A stretch of 64,000 bases of DNA, taken from the NCBI RefSeq assembly GCF_963921235.1, contig NC_086097.1:138634001-138698000 (forward strand), written 5' to 3'. This stretch comes from Mobula hypostoma (lineage: Eukaryota). Position numbers and translations under genes: made by a program. A model generated the notes under the pieces. The model saw only the letters and a list, made by a program, of their open reading frames with translations. It was not told the DNA's origin and searched no databases. This document shows, one piece after another, positions 1 to 11,529 of this stretch; the first letter of the stretch is position 1; the number at the start of each line of letters is the position of its first letter.

Positions 1-94
1 GTTTGAATTGGCTCATGAGAAACGATTGAAATTGATCATTTTCTTGTCCAATGCAAATAGATGTAGCACTAAGCATTTAGACCTGCCTCTACAA

Positions 95-1230
95 CTTCCC
101 TTCACCAACTTTCAGGATCCCAACAGAGCTTCAAGATGAGGCAGTCCTTCACTTGTGAGTCCATCAGGGTCACTTACTGCATCCGGTATTCCTGGTGCGG
201 CCTCATTTATATTGGTGAGTGCTTCATTGAGTATCTCCACACTGTAATCATCCAGAAGCAGTTGAACATGTATTGATAAAATGTAAGAAGTATCAAAAAG
301 AAAGAGTGAAGATGATAGGAGCGCTTAAGATAAACAAACAAAAACTGATGTGGGTATAGAAGACATTTTAAGTGGGAATTCAAGAGAAATACAGATCCGT
401 ATCATGAAGTATCTGAAAGATTCAGGTTTATTATATAGAATTTAGGGAATGCAATTCTTTTCCCTTCTGTTTATCCAACGATCCACACTCCAGTCTAGCA
501 GGTGGCGGTAATGCACCTAAAAGCTGGTTTGCCAACCGCCATAAAACAACACAAGAAGAAGAAGAAGAAGGGTATCTCCACTCTATCTGCCGTAACGGTG
601 GTGATCGCTCTGTGGCTAGCCATTTTAATTCCATTTACCATTTCTATGATGACGTGTTTGTCCACAGCCTCCTCTACTTCAAAGTTGAGGCCAAGTGCAG
701 ATGAGAGGAATATCACCTCATATTCTGCCTTGCTAGTGTCCCAACCTGATGTTCTGAACATTGATTTCTTCAGCTTGCAGTACCACTCGCCTCTGACCCC
801 ACCCCTTCCTTTTCCCTTATTCAACCATTCCTGATTACTCCTCCGCTTTCTCGATCTGCCCATTGCCTACTCATTGCACCCTTTAATTCCCTTTCTCACT
901 TCCTTCCCATATTCCATAATCCACTGTCCTCTCCTATCAGATTCCATTTTGTTCCCTTACATTATTTTCCACTCTCTCCCCCTCCTCTACCTGCCTGTCT
1001 TTTCCTTCACATCATGGTCCACTTATCACCTGCTAGCTCTTGCTCTACCTCTACCCCACCTTTATATACTGGCTAACTCCCCTCTTTCTTCCCAGTCCTG
1101 AACGAAGGTCGGGCTACAAAATGTCGACTGCCCATTTCCCTATGTAAATCCTGCCTGACTGATTGAATTCTTCCAGCATTTTTGTGTGTTGCTCCAGACT
1201 TCCAACATCAGCAGTCTATCTTGTATCTTC
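95..1230 (+). mobile_element. Decayed Penelope-like element 3' part (GIY-YIG endonuclease and tail), interrupted at 241-571
   Basis: About 142-219 reads QSFTCESIRVTYCIRYSWCGLIYIGE (GIY-YIG motif). About 612-775 carries VASHFNS...QPDVLNIDF with frameshifts. Then a pyrimidine-rich region and a hammerhead-like tail. Confidence 0.8.
241..571 (+). mobile_element. 5'-truncated I/Nimb-like LINE with (GAA)n tail
   Basis: Encodes CNHPEAVEHVLIKCKKYQKER (C-terminal CCHC knuckle). 3' UTR ggtggcggtaatgcacc...aaccgcc, (GAA)6 tail, TSD gtatctccac at 231-240 and 572-581. Confidence 0.75.
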
Positions 1231-1331
1231 ATTGCAAATAGGTAATATCAGCTACAAAAATTTCTGAAACTGTTTAGTACAAGGCATTTTAGGTGCCAAA
1301 ATATAAATAAAGCTTGTACATGGAACTACTG

Positions 1332-1702
1332 CAGATATCCCACCCTGCAAAAACTCATTTCAGGGAGGTAGCACTATCAATTTGCGGGAGACTCCCAGAA
1401 CTTCCGGGAGAGGTGGGATGACTGCAATAGAGTAGCTCCTTAGCAGCTAGCCAGCTAGTTTAAATAATGTTAGCTATTGCTAATGAACGAATAACACCTG
1501 TTAAACTCACCTCAACATGTCTTTTACAGTCTTAACCCACCATAGGCAATAGAAAAGTCACTGTTGCAAATAGTGCAGCGAGCAACACTGTCATTATTTT
1601 TAACCCCTATTAGGCAGGGGTACACTTTAGTGTAGTCTGGGGTGATGTACATTTTATATTTTCTTTTTTTGGAAAACTCTGCCATGGCGCGCATGTGCGC
1701 TG

Positions 1703-1746
<44 letters not shown>

Positions 1747-1963
1747 ACTCTCTTGGGCTCTCGTGCTTGCTCTCTCTCACTCTCGCAGTCTCTCTCTCTC
1801 TCTCTCTCTCTCTGTCGTTCTCGTGGTCTCTCTCACACTTTCGCTCGCTCGCTCTCAAAAAAAAAAGTGATTTCCGGGACATTGTATATAAATTGCGGGC
1901 ATTAGGGAGCCGCTATTAATATGCGGGAGACTCCTGGAACTTCCGGGAGAGGTGGGATGTCTG
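1332..1963 (-). mobile_element. Non-autonomous hAT-like DNA transposon with BED-finger remnant
   Basis: TIRs cagatatcccacc / ggtgggatgtctg, flanked by ctactg on both sides. Minus-strand KKRKYK...ARCTICNSDFSIAYGG. Internal (CT)n and an internal copy of the right end (1383-1420 vs 1922-1959). Confidence 0.75.
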
Positions 1964-2820
1964 CTACTGTGTATCTTTCCATTACCAACTATCTGCAATA
2001 GTACTATGCTGCAAGTAGTCATTTTTTTCCCCCAAGCAGTCACATGGAGGTGAATGACCTTTCTTTGAACTAGAAGAAATGCCATTTTACACCACCTGCT
2101 TTGAGGTATTCTACAAAGACCAAAAGGATACCATTAGTCACTTTTTCCCTCAAGAGCCGAGCAGTGGAATGCCTAACATTAAATTTCAGTGTCACATAAT
2201 TGCATGTCTCTGATATTAATGCATACTTGTGCATCTATGCATCAGCCATTGACTGGGTGGGATAAGCTGAATGTTGTCAGAATCTAATAGCATTAGTATA
2301 CTGGATGGAGCATATCATGCAGCACCTTGGCAATTTTGACAGCTGGCCTTAAGTAATCCCGCCCTGATGGTAGATAAATGCTGCTGAACTGTAAATCACA
2401 AGTTAAAATTTACCGTAAGAGTGCAAAGTTATAAATGACCAAATCAAGGCAAAGGCTGAACAGAACAGTCACATGCAACAGAGTTTTGACAGTTGTCTGA
2501 GTGGAAATATAAGAATCTACCAGTTAGAGGTCAGTACTGGCAAACACCAATATGGCTTCTGTTGCTGTTGTTGTTCTGTTGTTGTTGTTGTAGTTTATAA
2601 AAGTCTTCATTGAGGGATGTTAACTGTTTCAGCTATTTTAGGCATTTACATTTCTTTCAGGATTATTCTCCAGGCAATCATGATCTTAAACGGTAGACAC
2701 AAGAGATGCTGAAAATCTTGAGCAACAGACACCAAGCAGTTGAGGAACTCAACAAATCAGGCAATATGGAGTTCCTCAATTTCACGTGTGATTAACTGTT
2801 TGAGTGGTTTTAGGTCTGGG

Positions 2821-3075
2821 ATTAGATTAGATTAGATTATGAGGACACACAGTCCTCTTTTATTGTCATTTAGTAATGCATGCATTAAGATATGATACAG
2901 TGTTTCTCCAGAATGATATCACAGAAAGACAAGACAAACCGACTGAAAAACTGACAAAAACCACATAATTATAACATACAGTTACAACAGTGCAAAGCAA
3001 TACCATAATTTGATAAAGAACAGACCATGGGCACAGTAAAAAGTCTCAAAAGTCCCGTCATCTCACGCAGACAGT
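2821..3075 (-). mobile_element. Truncated copy of the (AATCT)n-tailed non-coding retroposon family
   Basis: Starts attagattagattagattatgaggacac and matches the copies at 9252 and 51811. Confidence 0.85.
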
Positions 3076-5504
3076 GATTCTTTATAGTTAATCAGAAGAT
3101 ATAGTATTGCTATAAATTTAACATTCCCTCTCAAGAATCATCATGTGCTTCTGAAATGAAGTTTTAAAAATTTCTCATTTAAAACCTGCCTGTGTCACTG
3201 CCAATTTACAGGCTAAATGTACATTGTGACAAGTTGATGAAAAATCTTTTGGGAGACACTGAGTTGCATGCACTTATTAATAAAGTACATCAATAAACCA
3301 TGTAGTCTCTAGAAATCCTTAATTTCCTCATTATTATTGAAATTATTCCATCTGGACAACTAAGTCAGTTCTCTCATCTTTGTGGTCACTCTTCTCGTGA
3401 TTAATGCGGATATACGCACGAGACCTTTGGTCTGATCCAGCTGTATTCTGTGAAAATATGATTCTGTTTCTGATGCTGTTATTCAAGTGGATTAAGAAAT
3501 GATGTCAATATTATAACTAGAGTGGGCAAAGTGCAAATTTCCAAATACCATTTTTTCTTAAAAAAGGATTGCAGAAAAGTTATCCAAATCTGAATTCATT
3601 TTAGCTTTAATTTGGTATTGTTTCGATCTGCAGTCAAAAATCAAAATTATTGGTGTTTGTGACAAATACAAAAAATGCACTGACGCATACAAATGTTACG
3701 GGAAGTGATGGTGTTTATATTATACAGTCAAGATTATCTGTGAATGTGTTATTTTATTGTTAGTTATTTTTGGTGTTCTGCACCGGATTATCAGGGAGCT
3801 CCCATTGATAAGGTAACAAGTTCGTTGAATGGTTCTCCTGTTTCATATTAACTTAACACAAGAAAATAAATCACTTCCAAGAAACCACTGATAGAATTCT
3901 CTCTTTAATGAGGTTCTGTAAGCACAGGTTTGCACATCTGTAGTTCATTCTTACAGAGTAAAACCTGGCCTTAAACAGAAACACCTGACATCTGAAATAT
4001 TAACAGGTTTCTCAAAATTCAGGATTGATGGTACCTTGTTGATCAATTGGTACTGCTTTTCAATTACTGATCAGTTCCCTGTTTTTTTTTATTAAACTGC
4101 CACAAAACTATGTTAGTTATTGGAGCATGGATCCATACTGTTTTCTTTGCACAGTACACAAGTTTGAAAGTCAGGAAGGGAAGTTTGCCGGCATAAAATT
4201 GATGATGGCATGTTTCACAAACCTCAATGAAGTAAATTGCCTTTATCTACATTAATTGATTAGTGCTTTGCAAAAACTGAAATTCTTTCACAGATAATCA
4301 GATAAATACAGGCTTTTGTGCAAAAGGTGTTCTTTGCATATTGCAGCACCTTTTAGCTACAAGTGAGGCAAAGTGACAAAATGCATTTGCAGTATGACGT
4401 TGTATGTGAGTAATTAAGTAACTTTCTGTTGTGAAGACCACGGCACATTTTGTGAATGAGCTGAGCCTGATCTATTCCTGGATATTATCTCTGGTCTCCT
4501 GCATTGCACATTGTACAAGATTGTGGAGTATGAAACTTTGGGTCGTTGTCTGGATGGTGCCCAATATTTGTGAAATTTGTGAACTTTTAAGAAGGCAAAA
4601 TGCATATGTGATTAATAATCTGTTGAGCTGTGCATGGATTCATACTGTTTGCGTTCATGTGTAATTTCTGCAAGAAGGTACAATGTGCTGTTCAGATGCA
4701 GATCTAATTTGCTACTGCAAAGCATTGCAGTGAGGGAGACTTCCATCTTTGTGTAGTTATTTAATACTTGGATATCCAATTAAAGTCATAATCCCCATTA
4801 GAAATTTGTTCTTTTTGATAACATCTGACAGTACTGTGAGTGCATGGTAGAAACGGTCTCAAGAATGCATCGGAAAGTGCCATGCTTCTCTGAATTGATT
4901 GTTCATTATATATCTTAAGGATTCTACTTCATATTTACTGCACTTATTAGAGCCCTTGTTAGAGCAACTTGCTGTTCATGTATTTATAAAATAGTTTAAT
5001 TACTACAGATCAAAATTCAAATTAATAATACAAATACTAAAAAGAAGAGAGGGTGAAACTACTCACTGCAAATTACATTGTAAGAGAACCAAGGAAGATT
5101 TATGCTGCAAACATTTCCCACTCTTAAGGAATGAATTTTGATGTACAAATATATGTGAAAGAATTCTGAATGCTGTTAAGTAAGAAGGATAATTAAAACT
5201 GCAGCATCCTCCGACTGCTGAGGCAGGAAATCTTTATCACGGTCTTTACTGTAGACCTAAGGAACACTGGAATAGAGGTATTGAAGGAATCTTGCCTTGT
5301 TTTTATTAAGGCTCTGTAATTTAACATGAACTAATCCTACTGGGGATGAATAATAAAAACATCCAGCTCATCAGAACTGTCCACAGACAAGGAAATTGAA
5401 ATACACCCTTGCCAAAGTGAAGATGTTGAGCACTTGTTCTTCATCTAGATTGATTTAAACTGGAATGCTCATAGCCATGAGATTTTTAAGTTGTCATTCT
5501 TACT

Positions 5505-5890
5505 CATAAGAATATTACAAGTAGAAGCAGGAGTAGCCCATCTGGCACTTTGAGCTGCTCCATCTCTCAGTAAGATCATAGATAATCATCATCTCAAACT
5601 CTATTTTCCAACACTATCTATACATCTCTTGACTCTCTAACTATCCCAACTATTCCAACAGTAAACCACTGTGTGAAGAAATTTCTCCTCATTCCAAGTC
5701 ATAAACACTGCAGCATAATCCTTGTTCTGAAACGATGCGCTCTGTTTCTGGATTCATAAGCTGGGGCAACATTTTCTCTGAATTCACCATGTCAACCCTT
5801 GTAGAGTTTTGTAAGTTTCCATGAGGTTGCCTTTCACTCCTCTAAACTTGAGTGTAAGCAAGTCTAGCCTATTCAATCTCTCCTCATACT
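5505..5890 (-). mobile_element. Old CR1 LINE 3' fragment
   Basis: Minus-strand CR1 3' end (cataagaat...agcaggagtagcc) and degenerate RT C-terminal sequence. Confidence 0.65.
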
Positions 5891-6044
5891 GAAAAGCATT
5901 TCACAGAGCCAAATCATTCTGACAAAAAATTACACAGAGCTAAGGATTGGAAATGAAATTTGGTCAGGGAAAGAAGCTTTCAAGAGAAGTTGTTTGGGCA
6001 GTTAACCTCATTATTCCTTTCTTTATATTGTTTATTTACATCAT

Positions 6045-6445
6045 ACAAGTCAGTGGAACTCAGCAGGTCAGGCAGAATTTATGGAGCTGAATAAACGGTC
6101 AACATTTTGGGTCGAGACCCTTCTTCAGGACTGGAAAAGAAGGGGGGAAGATGCCAGAATAAAAAGGTGAGGGGAGGGATAGGAGGACTATCTTGTATGT
6201 GATAGGTGAAGCCAAGTAGGTGGCAAAGATAAAATGTTGGAGAAGAAGGAATCTGATAAGAGAGGAGTCCGTGGGAGAAAGGGAAGAAGGAGGGCAGAGT
6301 GAGGAACAGAAGACGAGGGAAGAGGGTGGGGGGGGAAATTACCATAAGGAGAAATCAATGTTCATGCCATCATGTTGGAGGCTACCTAGACAGCATATGA
6401 GGGTGTTGCTCCTCCACCCTGAGAGTGGCCTCATCATGGCAAAAG
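6045..6445 (-). mobile_element. Penelope-like element 3' fragment with hammerhead-like motif
   Basis: Minus strand carries LGSLQHDGMNIDFS (endonuclease C-terminus), then cagtcctgaagaagggtctcgacccaaaatgttgaccg (6096-6133). Confidence 0.75.
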
Positions 6446-8139
6446 AGTGTCCCACACTCACTGTTTGCCTTGCAGTTAACTTGAGAAAGGGGCAGCACAG
6501 TTTGCACAAACACTTTAATTAGTCAGATGCTTCAAATAAGAAAGTAGTTGTTTTAAAATGTGACTTTTAAGGACAAATAGAATTGCCAAGCTGCTGAGTG
6601 CTTGCCAGTAGCTTACAGACTCAAGAGCTGCTATGTGATAGCACTAATATGCTCAATTACAAACAAAGTTGGTCTTTTCTAGCAAGCATTATAATCAGAT
6701 TAATTTCCTTTTAAATCATTGAGCTGCTGCTTGAAATGAACATGTTTTTTGAGTTTGCTGTTAAACCATACATATCTACAGACTTGTATGGCAGGTGTTC
6801 AACACGGAGGAAGTAAAAATGGAATCCCACAATTACTTTTATTGTGAAATGGAGAAGAGATGGCCACCATGCTTTAAGGCTAGGTGCTAGCATTTACTCT
6901 AGCTATGGATCACTGAGCATTATTCACAGGAGCAAATTTCATTCCATGTTACCAGAAGCCTCAAGCTCAGCAATGAAATTTGGACAGCTAAGAAATGTGT
7001 TCGCCAAAAGACTGAGCTGAACCTGTTGGACACTGGAATCTGTCTCTCTGCTGGTTTTTTTTAAATACAGATATCTTGTTTCCTTAATGGTCAGAGGATT
7101 TTTTTGGGGAGATGGGCAAAGATGAATATGAAGAGCCAATTAAATACTCAATGAGCTTTTGTTAAAATGCTCTTTGAAAGCCAATGATGTTAAGTTGAGA
7201 AATAATTTTTACTTTCATCTCCCATTTTGGAAGAACTCAGCTGAGACCATCCTTGTTAAAGAAACTATTTGAATGAATTTTACCTCTTGTTGACTGATGT
7301 TGGAATGCCAATGCTTTCGCAAGCGTTTCATGGCTAAAGAATTTGCAGTTAAATAAAAGATTCATTAACAGAAGCATTGGATGTAAATTTTCTGCAAAAC
7401 TGTTGATGGACCTTGATTTATTTGAAGCTCTGGCTGACTTGGCTCTCCTGATTTTTTTTTGTTGAACGTGTAAATTGGTGTTGTTCTGCACATATTGGCA
7501 TTCTGCCTTGAAGCCAGCTCCCATGACTGAGGGAAACCAGTGTACAGCTGAGGTGAGATTCAGCTGTTGTATCACTGGACACTGAATTATTGCAGAAGAA
7601 TGGACATTTGTGAAAAACGTCCTTGTCAAATTGAGATTCACTACATAGAATATCTGGAATATCTTAAACTAGCGTTTGGAATTTCTTGTCCATATCTCAG
7701 TTCATTGCTTTTATTTTTGCAGCTTACTGTAACATTTGGGGACAGAGGGAGGGATTGGTATGTTATATATGCTTTTCCTTTTTAATCTTTGGGAAGCCAT
7801 GTTAAAAGCTATGTAGTATCACTTCATTTTGTTCTGTCAAATTATTTAAAATATTTGCAACTGTTGGTCATGAATATCCTTATTTATCACTTTCATCATT
7901 TGTGTACTATTAAATCTGAACCTGGATTAGCCATGTAAGTAAAAGTTACCAGTAGCAGTTTGAATATTGTTCAACATGATCTATTAGTTGTATGGTTAAT
8001 TGGAGCTGCATAAAGAGGTTTAAGGTAATACTTGAAGATAACTTGTATCTAGTACATAAAGTAGGTGTGCCATAGTAGAAGTGACTCATAACAAATCATT
8101 GCAGGAATTTTAGACTTGACAATGAGTGATCTCACATCA

Positions 8140-8460
8140 GACTTGAGTCTTTAATCTGTGCAGATACTACACTCTAGTGCTGAAAACAGTGCTGCGTTAT
8201 AAATGAGATATGAGAGAGTAGTTCGTAGTCCTGGCTGTCAAATGCAAGAGATCCCTTTGCATTATTTGAAGAAAAGTAGGAGTGGTCTTTATTTTTGATC
8301 ACAATTTATCAAACAAGCAGAAGGGAGCAGAGATTTCAATGTCAGACTTTTCTACACGTGAACTTGTAAGTAGATGCACTTGGGGTATTCACTACTTGCT
8401 GTATCACGTTAGTGAAGTGAAAGAGCATTTGTTAATGTTTGGCACTATCTGTAGAAGTTG
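8140..8460 (+). mobile_element. Old Deu-domain SINE (SacSINE1-like) remnant
   Basis: agagatccctttgcattatttgaagaaaagtaggag resembles the Deu domain. Similar remnants at about 18100-18350, 34050-34200, 57560-57740 and 59980-60200. Confidence 0.5.
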
Positions 8461-9251
8461 TCTAGTAATCAGTATGGTGAGTTAGTCAACCATTGACATG
8501 CCCATATTACAGATTACTGTTAATCAGATCCTATTTAGTGGAAATGTATTTAAGGTAGTTTCTATTAATGCATGCATTGGCTAAAACTTGTTGCAATCAC
8601 CTTATTTGGTTGATGTTTCTCCAATGCAGTACTGCTGTAGGCAATACTACTACTGGATTATGCCTCCAGATTTATTCCATATTTACAAAGGAAGCAATAT
8701 TTTATTTAGGAAATAAACAACCATTTTCCACACTTCCTTTTATGGACTTTCATGTGTCTCACCAGTGAGTTAACACAAGAAGGCAATTTCCATGCCCTGT
8801 TATATTGGTTTCTGAACCAGCTGGCTTGTGTGTAGGTTTTTACTGCCTCAGTGGCTGCTCTGCCTCTGTTCTGCTTCAAAATCCTTTCCTTCTCCCTAAT
8901 GTGTAGCAATGCTACTTAAATTGAAGGACTCACTGTGAAGTTTTGTCGATAAAGCCCTGAGTTATTCTAATAAAATATGCCAGGGAAAATTAAGCTTAAT
9001 AATGTATATAAAGATATTTTATCTTCCAAGAGGATAACAGATTTCGCTATTTTTACTGGAATACAATGGCTTTTAGCTGAGAGCTGTGTTGTGTTGTGCA
9101 GATGGCTCTTGTACTTTTTATATCACAAAGATTCTGACACTGCTTTTTATTTGTGCAGAGCCTGTGTATAATTCACTAGCAAGCTCTTGCCAGTTAAGTT
9201 TTATAACACTCCTTTTAACATTCCCAAAAACTAGAACGCTCCTTAAAGAAA

Positions 9252-9922
9252 ATTAGATTAGATTAGATTATGGGGACACTCAGTCCTCGTTTATTGTCAT
9301 TTAGAAATGCATGCATTAAAAAATGATACAATGGTCCTCCAGTATGATATCACAGAAACACAAGACAGACAAAGACAAAAACTGACAAAGACCACATAAT
9401 TATAACATATAGTTACAACAGTGCAAAGCAATACCGTAATTTGATTAGAGCAGACCATGGGCACGGTAAACAAAAAGTCTCTTAAGTCCTGATAGCCCCA
9501 ACATCTCATGTAGACGGTAGAAGGGAGAAACTCTCCCTGCCAGGAGCTTCCAACGCCGCAAACTTGCCGATGCAGCATCCTGGAAGCACTCGACCACAGT
9601 CCGACTCTGAGTCCGTCCGAAAACTTCAAGCCTCCGACCAGCCCTCCAACACAGAACACCATCTCTGCCGAGCACTTTGACCCCGCCCCTGGCCGCCGAG
9701 CAACAAGCAAAGCTGAAGATTCGGGGCCTTCCCCTCTGGAGATTTCAGATCACACAGTAGCGGCAGCAGCGAAGCAGGCATTTCAGAAGTTTCATCAGAT
9801 GTTCCTCCGTGCTCTCACATCTGCCTCCATCAAATCAGAATTGTGCACAGCATCCTACTTGACAGATAACAGATATTCATCACTGGAGAGTGCTGTGTGG
9901 CGCCACCATCTTCTCCTCCTCC
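9252..9922 (-). mobile_element. Full-length copy (~670 bp) of the (AATCT)n-tailed non-coding retroposon
   Basis: On the minus strand it begins ggagaagatggtggcg and ends gacaataaacgaggactgagtgtccccataatctaatctaatct. Colinear with 51811-52457. Confidence 0.85.
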
Positions 9923-10136
9923 TTGCAGATTACTGCTATTTTGCAACTGTTGAAAGATTATTTTATGGGAAACAAGGCTGAAATATTTCTCTATCAACTT
10001 GTTCATTTATTCTCTAGCCGAGGCATTGGAAGGAGGCACTATGCCTTAATGTCCTCAGCATGTCCTAAAGTGCTTTGCAGCCAAGTTAATTCATGGTGTG
10101 GTATCATCACCACTGTTAGAGCAAGTTGGTGAGATA

Positions 10137-10937
10137 CAGAGGCATGCAAAAGTTTGGGCACCCCTGGTCAAAATTTCTGTTACTGTGAATAGTTAAGGGA
10201 GTAGAAGATGAACTGATCTCCAAAAGTCATAAAGTTAAAGATGAAACATTCTTTTCAACATTTTAAGCAAGATTAGTGTATTATTTTTGTTTGGTACAAT
10301 TTTAGAGTGAAAAAAAGGAAAAGAGCACCATGCAAAAGTTTGGGCACCCCAAGAGATCTGAGCTCTCAGATGACTTTTACCAAGGTCTCAGACCTTAATT
10401 AGCTTGTTAGGGCTATGGTTTGTTCACAGTCATCATTAGGAAAGGCCAGGTGATGCAAACTTCAAAGCTTTATAAATACCGTAACTCCTCAAACCTTGCC
10501 CCAACAATCAGCAGCCATGGGCTCCTCTAAACAGCTGCCTAGCACTCTGAAAATTAAAATAAATGATGCCCACAAAGCAGGAGAAGGCTATAAGAAGATA
10601 GCAAAGCATTTTCAGGTAGCCATTTTCTCAGTTCATAATGTAATTAAGAAATGGCAGTTAACAGGAACGGTGGAGGTCAAGTTGAGGTCTGGAAGACCGA
10701 GAGAACTGCTTGTGAGATTGCTAGAAAGGCAAGTCAAAACCCTCGTTTGACTGCAAAAGACCTTCAGGAAGACTTAGCAGACTCTGGAGTGGTGGTGCAC
10801 TGTTCTACTGTGTAGCGACACCTGCACAAATATGACCTTCATGGAAGAGTCATCAGAAGAAAATCTTTCCTACTCATTTAGCTATTCACAGTAACAGAGA
10901 TTTTGACCAGAGGTGCCCAAACTTTTGCATGCCACTG
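10137..10937 (+). mobile_element. Internally deleted Tc1/mariner transposon, IR/DR type
   Basis: TA-cagaggcatgcaaaagtttgggcaccc ... ggtgcccaaacttttgcatgccactg-TA. Inner DR at about 10331. N-terminal transposase MGSSKQL...GEGYKKIAKHF...RSGRP. Confidence 0.92.
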
Positions 10938-11529
10938 TAAGTGACCCTGGAAGAGATTAAAAAGAAAAAGACTTCAGGCTTTGTTTTTCAGGTTTGATAA
11001 ATTGGACTTACATTATTCTAATCCACATAGTGTGTCTATAGTCTAAAATGGCCTACTCTTATCCATTATTGGTAGACCACAGGGTATGCATTATGCTTCA
11101 GCAAAAGTAGAAATAAATTTTAAGGCACTCTTCCTCTTCTCCTTGAGTATGGCTACGTTTGGTGCAGATTCTGTCCTGTGAAGAAGTTTGGTGAATTAAG
11201 TGAATCTTTGCATGTTCATTGTTATCCTTAAGTTGGAGAGTTTTCCTTTGTTTTATTTCTATCCCTTATTGTCACTGGGATTTCTTTTGTAAGAGATTCC
11301 ATGGTGGTATTGGGTATATGTGTATATGTGCTCATGTCCATGTACTATATGGTTGATTATACCAATAGGTGTTTTCTTGTGGGCTTGTATTTCAACATAA
11401 GAAAATAATTATCTTATTTGTGAGTGATGTTAGGTGAGGGACGAACGGGGAGTACCCTGAGTTAGTGTTTGTGCAAATATGCGATTATTTTCAAAAGTGG
11501 GGCCTATCATAGAGCTTTGTTCATATATA

